A stretch of 64,000 bases of DNA from Xylographa opegraphella (lineage: Eukaryota). The notes under the pieces are model-generated. The model was not told where the DNA came from and did no database searches. It saw only the letters and a program-made list of their open reading frames with translations. The translations under genes and the position numbers were made by a program. Location: NCBI GenBank assembly GCA_022813865.1, contig JALDZX010000014.1:186001-250000 (forward strand). The letters run 5' to 3'. Numbering within the stretch: the stretch's first letter is position 1; the number at the start of each line of letters is the position of its first letter. Below are positions 24,565 through 35,067 of the stretch, piece by piece.

Positions 24565-25532
24565 CTAGGAAAAATCTTCCTCTATATCTCGTATCTCTTC
24601 GCCAAACTTTTCCCAGTAACCATCTTCAACCTGGTCACTCAAGATCTTCTCGTCATCATCAAGGTTGGGAGGGTTTTCCACTTGTAGCTCCGTAGCTGTA
24701 GACTCGCCTCGACTAGTCCTCATGTCGAAAACATTCAACAATTTCAACTGTCTCGATTGAAATTGAACTCCATCTTGAATGTCAACGTACTTGGCACCCA
24801 CGCGATGATACTGCGCAGCCCACACTCGATCGCCAAGGAAGGTACTACCGCCGCCAACCGTGAGACCAGAACTCGTCTTCCAATGGACATTCGGATTGAG
24901 CTGTAGCATGGCAGCAATGCCAGAAGGGTCCGGTAACGGCGCTGTGATCGACCCACCAAGGTCGGAGCTTTTGCCGGAGACGCTCAAACAAGTGGCATCT
25001 TTCATCATGTAAATCCCGGTCAAAAGCCATATGGAAGGGTCTCGCATTGTCAATCCGTAATAATACTTAAGCTTCTTCGAGACGGCGAGGCGGGACTGCA
25101 ACCAAAATCTGGCTGCGTCAGTCTGTAGGATAACGTCCTCGAAGAACTTCGCGGGCCTGTTTGCGCACGTCAAGTGAGAATAGATCATCAGATGTAGCAA
25201 GAAGCTATTCACTTTATGCATTCGATCTTCGAGCCAGTGCTGGCAACGACCACGTGGTAGTTGTCGTTGTTGCGAGAACTGTTGAGTTCTGCGAGATTCA
25301 GGATGCCTCCGCCAAACCTACATCCCTTGCCGGTCTTGTATACTACCCAGCAGTTACTTCTCGGATCATTGATAGTCCACAGATCGAGGTCATTGGGGGT
25401 AAGCTTTTCATGGATATAAGGATCTTGGAACCTGGGGTTCACGAAGTCAAACACAAGGCTTCCTAGTGTAAGGAGTCTAGGATCGACCCCCTCCCGGTAT
25501 CCAACGTATGTGAGTTTCTCTTCTGATACCAT
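24565..25532 (-). CDS. Fungal gasdermin-like pore-forming protein (HET-Q1/RCD-1 family), 303 aa
   Basis: Exon 1 (25532-25213), a 56-nt intron (GTGAAT...CAG, 25212-25157) and exon 2 (25156-24565) form an open 912-nt CDS. Motifs LTLGSLVFDFVNP, IWLLTGIYMMKDA and DRVWAAQYHRV, Gly/Ser-rich beta-hairpin-like segments, an acidic C-terminal tail and an adjacent protease gene. Confidence 0.75.
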
Positions 25533-25653
25533 AATGCTCGTTATATCACTCCTTTGATGATGGTGCTTTTGATGAAGAACGGCGCACGATTGGATCCTAC
25601 CCTTACCTAATGACAACGACACCTTTCCATGTTGAGTTAGGGCAATAGCCCCA

Positions 25654-28600
25654 ATGAGCTCGCCAGACTGCTGTTCAGCTCAAACTTGAAGCTGCTATGT
25701 GATTCATATAATAACTTGGAACAACATCGACTTCAGGGAAGTCTGTGACATTTTCGGCGGCACCATCTTCCTCGAAGAACCTCGTGGCAATTTTGCAACC
25801 GCGCGCGAGCAGATCAAGCAGCGTGAACATTCTGTTGCTGAAGCCTCGAACGATGAGAAGGCAGCTATTCCCTTACTTAAAGCCATTCACGTTGCTCTCG
25901 TTGGCAGTCTATTCGGTGACGATGAAAGCCCAAAGTTTCAGCAGTATATGTCTCCCCTCTATGTAGGAGACTTTGGCCCTCGATGGCAATTTAGAATCAA
26001 AGCTTATATTGTACTCGTTTCTTCGTGGCAGTTTTATCCACCATTATTTCGTTTTTGCAGTTTAGAAAGAGGCCCCATGTCTATGCTTCTTGACACTATT
26101 TCTCGAGCTCACGTACATAACTCCCACCTGGTAACAGAACTTCTGGAATCGGTGGATGGAGTCGAGCCTCTAGATGAGCTGGAGTTCCGGATCATACGGG
26201 AAGTATGGACTTTGTCACACAGGGCATTGGAGGGAGCGCGTATCTCGAATCCTTCGTATTTGTATCATACCCTCGGCTCCAACAATAGCAATCATAAGCC
26301 GGAGGTCTTTGAGAACTGTTGCACTCGTCATGCAGATGTTAGGGAGCTTGCCGAGGCTCTCAACCTTGACCTTGATACGATCTCCAACTATGCGGAACGA
26401 CTCATCTTCGAAGTTCGCCAAGCGCAAGGCTCACCGGACTCTGGCGAGCTGTTGGAGAATCTGAAGAAGAGATATGAAGCTTCGAACGATGAAGTCGGCG
26501 TAGGTATCTGTTGTATGTTACGTGCAGATTTCATAGTATCCGGTCCATTCACAAACCCAATAGCATTGAACCTGCTACCTGTGGATGGGTGGGACTATCT
26601 AGGAAGCGATACAAACTTGAATGAACTTAGTGCAACACCAATCCAATCCAAAGGATATTCCTCCGACACAAAATCCCCGACTTAATGGTGTGTCAGATGT
26701 GTCAGATGCGTCAGAAGAGCTAGAATCTATGCACCTGAAGGAGAAGGCCGGAAATCCAGAAGACGATCGAGATCCTTGGAAAGTTGCAGTGAGGGCTGCA
26801 ATTGTTTGCTATGAAGAGGCTGAAAGTATATTTGTACGAGCGGGCGCCGTTAGAGGTCAAGCTCTCGCTATCTCACGAAGGGCGTGTACGCTGCTAATAC
26901 AAGAACTGCTCCCCCGAACTTATTGGGACGATAGGGATAGCGTGATCCTTGATTAAATAAAGATTTTATTTGAGCAAACGTGTGAGCTATACGTGAAGGC
27001 TGGCGATACAATACTAGTGAAGCTGACTCAGATGCATATTATGCTGTTGGCGAGCCACTGTAACGACGACATCTACGAGGTGAAGCACGATATTGGTGAG
27101 TGGGGCTATGAGAACGGTAATTGGACGTATGCAGCACAGCTTGGTTTATTGGCATTCCGGCTCGGAGATCATCTGCGATATGAATGTGGCTCGAGCAGTA
27201 GAGCACGTTGGAGCTACGAGTGTGCGGGTTTGGTACTTTCGGAGCTGCGAGCTCAGGGGACGACCTTGTTCCAGCTGCAATGTGCAATAGTATCTCTACT
27301 TCTATCGACTAGCAGCCCGAAAGCTTGCAAGATCTATGTTCAGCTTGCGCAGCTCTTCTTCGAGAAGAGACTAATGGTCGAACTAGAGAAAGCAGCGGAG
27401 CAAGACCCATCGTGGTCGTTAGCATTGGGGTTCTTTGGCATGGTTCTTGCGGATCTTCTCATTGCCTCTTGTCAAAAGATGGAAAGTGCAACCACGATGA
27501 GAGAGGTCTGCTCAGCCCAATTGACACTCATGGAATCTTATGATTCAAGCCCACGCTCGCTCGAATGGCTTAGGCATAAGCGTGCAGTGGTTCAAATATA
27601 CTCTTTGATTTCAGAGTACGAAGAAGACCTCGATCGTGGAGATTGGGAAAGCGGTGAATCAAAGTTGACTGATTTCCTCGAACACACGACTGCTTCCAAG
27701 GATGAAGACATTGATACAAAACTAGCTCGTATAGATGTTTGCTTACATTTACAAAACTTTGATATGGCTCAAAACTTGCTGAAGACAGTCGATGTATGCG
27801 AGCTACTCACGGAATTTAGGATGGGTCTGGCATCTCTCCCAAATCCAGCGGACAAACTATATAATCGACGGCGGTCGATTAAAGCCTGTGAGAGTAAGCT
27901 ACAACGATGCATCAACGCCCGAGACTGGAGAAAGGCAGCAGAGCTGGTTGAGCTTCTTGAGAATTTATCGCCTGACCATTTCGAGTTTCCTGGCAACTAC
28001 TCGTACGTGGAACCGTGGCAACGCTTCCTATGGATTGGACTTCTCCAGGAATCGCAGAAGAAATATGAAATGTCCTACCATGCTTTCTCTCAGAGCCTTT
28101 TGGTTTTCTATTATGAATGGATCAGTGTCAGCGATTCGGACCAAAGGCGGTCGCAGCTGAACCACACCGATTTCAATCGCATAGCAACAGCTCTCGCACG
28201 CTTTCATCTCCGCAGACATAATGCCGAGGCTCCGGTACAGAGGATTTCCTCTCGGAAGGTGGATTGACAAAAAGTTCGTATAGTTGAACGCTGGAATACG
28301 GATTTCGTTCTGTCGAAAGATGCAGGCCAGGTTGATGCTTTGGAAGCATTAGAGAGGGGGAAAGCACTCTCGATCGCAGCATCACTTTCATTCAAGGCGG
28401 AATCATCGATTGCTGAAGTAAGAGAATGGGATCGAACACACCATAGATTCAGAACATGGCTCGACTTAATGACGCTTAGGAGACCTCGGACCAAGGACGA
28501 GGAAAAGGAATACCAACTCTTGGATAATTCGGCTCTAGAGATGGAGTTGAGAGCAAACCCTCTTAACGTTGACAAAAGGCCACTTTCCGAACAAGTGCTA

Positions 28601-29814
28601 TTGTATCCTGAAATCCTAGATGGGATCCCAGATGATACTGTCGTTATCTACTACAGTTTATCTGATGATGGCCTAGCTCTGCTCTCTATCGCTCGGACAG
28701 GCATTCTTTCCGCAATCTGGAATCCGGATATTTCAGCGTTGCAACGAGGAAAATGGTCTGTCGCTACGTTGGTTCAATCGCCGCGTACAAAGACAACGTG
28801 CCAGAAGATTGGCTCATATGCCTCACCTCATCAATGTCAGAAGTCTTTATTGAGCCAGTTCAAACAGATATCAAAAGTAGGAGCCAAGTTATCTTTGTTC
28901 CTTCCGGAGACCTAGCTCGATTCCCCTTGGGGGCTTTACTTCTGGATAACGTACCCCTATTGTTGAACAAGGCTGTATTTCAGGTTCCCAGTCTCTCGGC
29001 TCTGTATCATCTTCGTCAACGGCCTATGTGCAGTCAATCTCGCGTCTCTGTCATTGCAAGACCTGGTAGTATGAAAGAGGATGGCGAAGCTGCCCTCCCA
29101 ATGGCTGGCATAGAGGCACTCCTGGTTGGCCAAACTTTCGGTAGTACCCCTTTGGAGGCGTCCGGCGTTTCCAAGAACCAATTTCGTGAAGAGCTAGAGC
29201 ACTGTTCCATTATGCATCTTAGCACACATGGATACTTCGATGTTTCGGCTCCCTTATTATCCTATATTTCTCTTGAAGAGCGACTTAGAGTCATTGACAT
29301 GCTTGCAGTACGGACGAAGGCTGTTCTTGTCATTTTTAGTGCGCGTGTGAGCGGGACTGGCATCACGAATAAGGGCGATGATGTGCTCGGATTCTCACAT
29401 GCGATATTAGCAGCTGGTTCTCATGTGTATGTGGGTGCTCTATGGACTGCAAACGACCTTGTTACGATGATACACATGATCTTGTTCTATGTGGAGCTGG
29501 CGTCGATGGAAAAGCCAGCCCGCCTGGCAAATGTTTGGCGTCAAGCGACTCGTATGCTATACTTTGCCGAACCTTACCTGATAAAGGGACTCTTGACAGC
29601 TTATCTCGGCAGGTGGGACGAAATCGAAGCAGCAGGCTTGCTTCCCAACCAGTTTGTCCGAAATGGGCGACGAAAGCTGCAGAAAGCTATCGTTGAGTGG
29701 CTCACTCCTTCCGGACAGGCAGCCTTGGATCTTAAGCATCCTTACTACTGGGCCAATTTTATCATGATTGGGAACGCAAACATAACTATGCATGCAGTTC
29801 AAAGGCCTGTTTAA
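25654..29814 (+). pseudogene. Disrupted helical-repeat (TPR-like)-CHAT caspase-like protease gene
   Basis: CHAT motifs ALEALERGKA, VIFVPSGDLARFPLGAL, LPMAGIEA, MHLSTHG, VIFSA(R), GDDVLGFSHAILAAG, VGALWTAND and HPYYWANFIMIG. In-frame stops at 25687, 26954 and 28265, frame changes within 26621-26682 and near 28740, and CGT (Arg) at the catalytic Cys position 29344. Confidence 0.85.
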
Positions 29815-30372
29815 GCAATAATATCCTCGTTAAAGGACTCCCGGTTGGTTCTGAAGGCCCGACTCTATTGTAGTATCATTCAAGGACCAGGATTTACCTG
29901 ATACTACGTGATGTTCTCTCGAAGTAGAGATTACCTCCTTGTTTCCAAAACCAACCCGATCTCCCTTGAATATGAGGAATCTTGTGGCCAGAAGCTAATT
30001 ATTTCCAACTGCACACCGAATTCAAGGAGGCCAACGTCGCATGAGAAACCCATTGGACTTATACAAGCTCTGACCTGTAAAACAGGTTTGGAGCAAAGCC
30101 AGAAAACCAAAGATAGGAGACCAATCTAACAAGGCGCAGAAGTGGTGCAATAGGGAAGAAATGCCTGTCTCGTTATTGTGATCGCTTGTCTTGTGTATAT
30201 TTCAGCACAGAGCTGCAAGAGCCCCAGTATCATCAGGTACGCTGCCCCATATGACGTCGTGGACAAACAGCGGATACTTTTCACCTCGACTCAACCTCCA
30301 CACCGTCTCTCGGCTCAGTTTCGGACCGAATCAATCGTTTTTGTGACTTCAGCATTGGAAGCTTCTGATGAG

Positions 30373-31488
30373 ATGGCAAACTTGAATGATATCCCTCCCG
30401 AGATACGTTTACGGATCTATCCCTACGTTCTTCTCTCAGAACAGACCATTGTTCCACTTGCAGCTGAAAAGCCTTTGGAGGAGAACATCCTTCGCTCACA
30501 CTATGAGACCGCCATATTCACCGTCAACAGAAAGATCTCTCGTGAAAGTCTCTCATACTTCTATTCTCACAACTCGTTTGTGGCTGTGGAGACCAACACC
30601 ACTGGTTTCCTCTCCCAATGCTGCCGTGCCATACCAATGAACTTCGGACATAGCAGGACGCAGTTTAAGGAGTATGTCCTAAAACTACAATTCTATCAAT
30701 TTCTCGGACATACAACAATGCGCCACACTCGTTGTGCTTTTGCTGTTTTCGCCCGCCGATACCTCCGGAACTTCATCAGGCTGTTCGAGGCCTATCACTC
30801 GCCCATTCGTCAATTATTACCGGAGAAGGTTACTATGAGGATGAACATTGTGTTGAAAACGACCGGAGATCGCTTCAGGGACACTCCAGGCATCAAAGCC
30901 TCTTTGGTGAACGATCTCAAATTGCTTCGGGGATTCCCGGACGCCATTGAAGATTATATGTCGCTTACAATTTACAACTTGCCATCCCATCTCAACGACC
31001 TCGCGGTCATCAAGAATTACGAAGAGGCCGAACAAATCAGCACCGCAGGCGAGCGCTATCGCCAGCTGGCAGACTACGACACCGCCCGTGGCGAATATCT
31101 GATAGCACTATTCATGGCAACAGTCCCCAAGCATCCGGATCTTGAGCAAGGCTTCTTAGACACCGTGGATTTACTGTACGTGAACCTGCGTCGCAAGATG
31201 TCGGTCCTGGATTCCCAGCAGAAGCGGCACAAGTGCGCCATCGTCGAGGCTAGCAAAGCCTTCCACACACCAGGCGGTCGTGATCTCTGGGACTTCCTAA
31301 GCGACGAGCACATCACCCCGCTCTACGCTCGCTGGGCCTCCGCACTGGCGGACGATGGCCAGTACGAAGAAGCGATCAGCCTTTTTGAGAAGTGGCCTCC
31401 ACTCGTGACGAGCCATCCATCCTACCGGACCTTGTTTGAGGAGCTGAAGGCTGGTCGGAAAAGCCACGAAGCCCAGCAGAATACGTGA
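30373..31488 (+). CDS. Hypothetical protein with an N-terminal F-box-like motif and a C-terminal TPR-like region
   Basis: MANLNDIPPEIRLRIYPYVL, VNRKISRESLSYFYSHNSFV, and C-terminal helices (AGERYRQLADYDTARGEY; ALADDGQYEEAISLF). Confidence 0.7.
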   Translation: MANLNDIPPEIRLRIYPYVLLSEQTIVPLAAEKPLEENILRSHYETAIFTVNRKISRESLSYFYSHNSFVAVETNTTGFLSQCCRAIPMNFGHSRTQFKEYVLKLQFYQFLGHTTMRHTRCAFAVFARRYLRNFIRLFEAYHSPIRQLLPEKVTMRMNIVLKTTGDRFRDTPGIKASLVNDLKLLRGFPDAIEDYMSLTIYNLPSHLNDLAVIKNYEEAEQISTAGERYRQLADYDTARGEYLIALFMATVPKHPDLEQGFLDTVDLLYVNLRRKMSVLDSQQKRHKCAIVEASKAFHTPGGRDLWDFLSDEHITPLYARWASALADDGQYEEAISLFEKWPPLVTSHPSYRTLFEELKAGRKSHEAQQNT

Positions 31489-32136
31489 GGAAGGCGTTAA
31501 CGGCTCTTGGTTTCGAGGTATTTTCTTTTTTTCAATCAAATGCTTCTGCATTCGTCACGCCCCCCGGGGTTTCGATCCGCTCTGGCCCCGCTTTGGAACG
31601 ACGAACAGCCACATAGGCTCAGCTGTGCGAGACGAAGTCCATCCATCCATCTCATAAGACTCGCCAGGCCTGCCCTCCTCCTTCTACCCTTTCACGAAGC
31701 TACATCTTTTTGGAACTGCAACGTGCGTAGCCCTACCCCAGTCCTTCCGTTCACCGGTGCCCGGGCCTGGGAACCCACCGAGGTCTCGAGGAAACGTCCT
31801 GGTTGGGACGGAGATGGGGACGGGCTTCGAGCGGTTGACGGCCGCTTGGGGGCGAGTCTCACTTAGTACTCTATAGGTAGGGAGATAGGGATTCGAGAGG
31901 AGTTTTGAAGTATGCACTGATATGAACTGGGGATGAAGGGCGCGGGAGCGAGGGACCCCGGGACGCGCACCAGTGGTGGGTAGAATAGTACCGTAGGCCC
32001 AAGGACAGACGGGACCTGCAACGCGGCCTTCGTCGGCCGCGCAAGCTGGCGCAGCGTAGATGAAGGTACAGCCAGCGGGGAAGAAAAACACCGACACGGA
32101 CGACGAGGCGTTGAAAAAGTCTACGTCGCGGCATCA

Positions 32137-32139
<3 letters not shown>

Positions 32140-32167
<28 letters not shown>
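32140..32167. repeat. (AC)n microsatellite
   Basis: About 14 AC units downstream of the DFG5-like stop codon. Confidence 0.9.
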
Positions 32168-32542
32168 CGAACGAGTTAGTAGCGAGGACTCTCACACGAG
32201 ACCGTGCGCATCTGTATCATAAGCAAGCAAGCGGCGCAGGCATGAAGTAGGTTCTTTATTTTCTAAATATCATACATACACCAAACGACTCCTCGCCGGA
32301 GAAAAAACGGGACGAGCCCGAAGACAACAGAGCAACCCCCCGCCCCCCAACGCCAGTTTCGATGCCGGACAGCGTACCCCGATCTTGTGTGTGTGTGCGC
32401 GCGCAACCGGACCCATGCAGCCACTCCGCAGGAAGCTCCTCGATACACTTCGTCTCTTTGTACAAGCCAAGCCATGCTGCCCCTTCATCGGCCCTCTTCG
32501 TCAGCTACTTTCCCCACCTCTTCACCCCGCCTTCCCCTGCGC

Positions 32543-34175
32543 CTAGACGATCATCCACCACGTCGCTGCGATGATCAAGATCAGCGACAGTGCCGTCAAG
32601 ATGCCCGCGCCGGCCTTGTCCCCCGTGCCCACGCCCCTCCCGAGCGCGACCTGGCCACTCGACGGCTGCTGGCTACCGCTCGCGCCACCGGCGGCGGGGT
32701 TGCCGACGCTGGTGCCGCCCTTGTCGGCCGTGACCGGGCCGGCGACCTTCTCGATGAGCAGGTTCTGGAAGATGGACATGGCGCTCATCTGCTCGCCGAC
32801 GCCGAAGTAGCCGTCCCAGACGGTCTGGTACCAGCGGCGGCCGCACATGTTTGTCGCCTGGCCGGTGCACTGGGCGGCCGCCGCCTGGGCGGACGCCGTC
32901 AGGAGTGGCATGATGAAGGGCGCCGTCCAGGGAGCCAGCTGCGTGGTGATGGCGAGCCAGCGGGAGAGGTAGGCTTTGAAGGACGGCTCGTCGGGGTCAC
33001 AGGTCTGCGGGCTGGGGAACTCGCACGCGACCTCCGACATGATCTTGCCGCCGGGGGGGGCTTGCGCGGGTGGGTTGTTCAGGCCCGCGCTTTGGACGAA
33101 GAAGACGCTGGTTCCGTTCTCGACGAGGCCAGAGAGGCGCGTGCCCCAGGTGGCGTTGCCGTTGGTCTAGAGTGCGATTAGCTACTGTAAGTGTATATCT
33201 TGGCGAAGGGGTGATTTACAAAGTTGTACATGTACGCGCTGCCGGCAATCATGCTCCCGACATTGTAGGTCCAGTAGGTCTCGACAGCGCCGGAGCAGTT
33301 CCCTGTCCTGGACGTACCGTCCCAGACTTGATAATTAGCTGCAAGAATCGGGCTACCTGCAATCCAATCGTACGCCTTCTCGGCCCAGTCTGCATAAGTT
33401 TGGTTGCCGGTGTATCGGGCGAGTCGTGCGGCGAGTTGAAAGAATCCTCCATTCGAGATCGTGTTCTTGTAATCGTAGCCAGCATTGAATGGGTAGATCT
33501 GCCATCGGAGTCCTCCATTGCAGGCACCGGTATCCCATCTCAATACCTGGTCATTGAATACGGCCTGAGCCAATGAAAGCCACGAGGGGTCCGAGGCGGG
33601 TGGGTTGGGAAAAGTTAGCTCGGCCGCATCCATGGCTGTGAAAGCCCAGAAGACCTGATCATCGTTGCCCTGGTGAAGAGTTAGTAAGGGTGATACACTT
33701 TGTTGGGAAGAGACATCAGTTACCAAATCCTTTGTCTGATTTTGCGGCATGAAGTCGTCGTTCGCACCGACTTGGAATTGAATCGCCTCCGCGACAACAT
33801 CATTGTACGTACTATCGCCCGTGAGGTACCAGTAATGAATCAACTGTCCAAACATCGCTCCCGCTTCCCACCAGAAGTATGGTTGTGGCAACAGTCCAGG
33901 AATGCCGCCTGTCTGGTTTCCAGTGTATACTTTCATCATGTTATAAGCGGCGGTTCCCGCGGCGGCTTTGATAGAATCTGCCAGTGACGATGGTTAGCAT
34001 ACATCGTGAGATCGTTTAACAACGGTCGTTGGACGATATGGATTCCCGTTCGGATTCGGTGTCACGCACCTGCACTGGTAACATCCAGAGTGATGGCAGC
34101 CCCGACTTGCGCATATCCGCCACCGAACAAGGTCCCCAACACCCCCAGCGCCTCAGCCTGTCGTCGAAAGTACAT
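32543..34175 (-). CDS. DFG5: GH76 endo-alpha-1,6-mannanase/transglycosidase, GPI-anchored (Dfg5/Dcw1)
   Basis: [20 protein letters not shown] (catalytic Asp pair), [40 protein letters not shown] and the GPI signal [13 protein letters not shown]5 versus DCW1 is not resolved. Confidence 0.93.
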
Positions 34176-34569
34176 GATGGGAGTGAAATGTGAGAGTTGA
34201 GATCCAGCGAGCGAATGGGATCGAGGAGATTAAAGGAGCGATCGGAACGAGCGAGGTGGATAGAGACGCAATCAAGTTTGTCGTATGTCGCAAACTCGGC
34301 ACGCTGCCATCTATCCGTAAATACCAGTGCCGAGTGCGGGCCGATGGGAAGAAGAAGAAGATTTCGTTTGGTGGCAAGGCGAGTGAGTGTTTGCGTCGAG
34401 GTTGATGATAAATTATTGGAGAGAGACGTAATTCGTAGGAATCAGGGTGTGGGATGGGCGGTGGCAGCTGGTGGTCGTGTTAAGGAACCGGCGCAGCAGC
34501 GGCCGTTAATCGTTAATACGAAGTGACCCCCTGTGTTTGGCCGGTTTGTTGATTATGGAGGGAGGGATG

Positions 34570-34592
34570 AGACAAGGACAAGGACAAGGACA
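34570..34592. repeat. (GACAAG)n short tandem repeat, about 4 units
   Basis: gacaaggacaaggacaaggacaa lies upstream of the DFG5-like gene. Confidence 0.75.
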
Positions 34593-35067
34593 AATGATGC
34601 CGCGACGACTGAGAATTTTCCAACGCTTCTCATCCAATCAAACCACGGCACACTCCTATTTGGGGGTGCACGCGGGCTGAGATATACGCCGACCGGCTAG
34701 CCAAGCGTCCGCACAGGGCATGGTCGACGCTAAGTCATATGGGGCAAGGTGTGCCCAAGCGAGATCAAGACGAAAGAACAAAGTAATTTACGGTACGACG
34801 CTACACCTTACTTATATAGATGAACAATGTATACCGGTGGCGGCAAGATGCAGGCTGAAGAAATACCCCAGAGCAGCAGCCAGCTAGACGATCTCGATAT
34901 GCTACGGAGCATCTCCCAGAGACGAGCGCCCTTCCCCTTCACTCTATTTAACGCGCGAGACACAGGTGCTTCTCTGGTCTTGGTGGCCAACTCATTCAAG
35001 CAATGCCGTAAATGCCCATCGCCACCCGCCCATCATTTCGTAACTCAATTGACCCACCCCCAATGCT

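Noticed and set aside
26500..28760. Introns as the explanation for the breaks in the CHAT gene
   Set aside because: The stops at 26954 and 28265 sit within otherwise continuous frames, and no convincing donor/branch/acceptor set spans the frame changes.
32387..33181. 264-aa plus-strand ORF, and similar ORFs opposite SNX41, the aminotransferase and the 715-aa gene
   Set aside because: Antisense ORFs arising from high third-position GC in the real genes.
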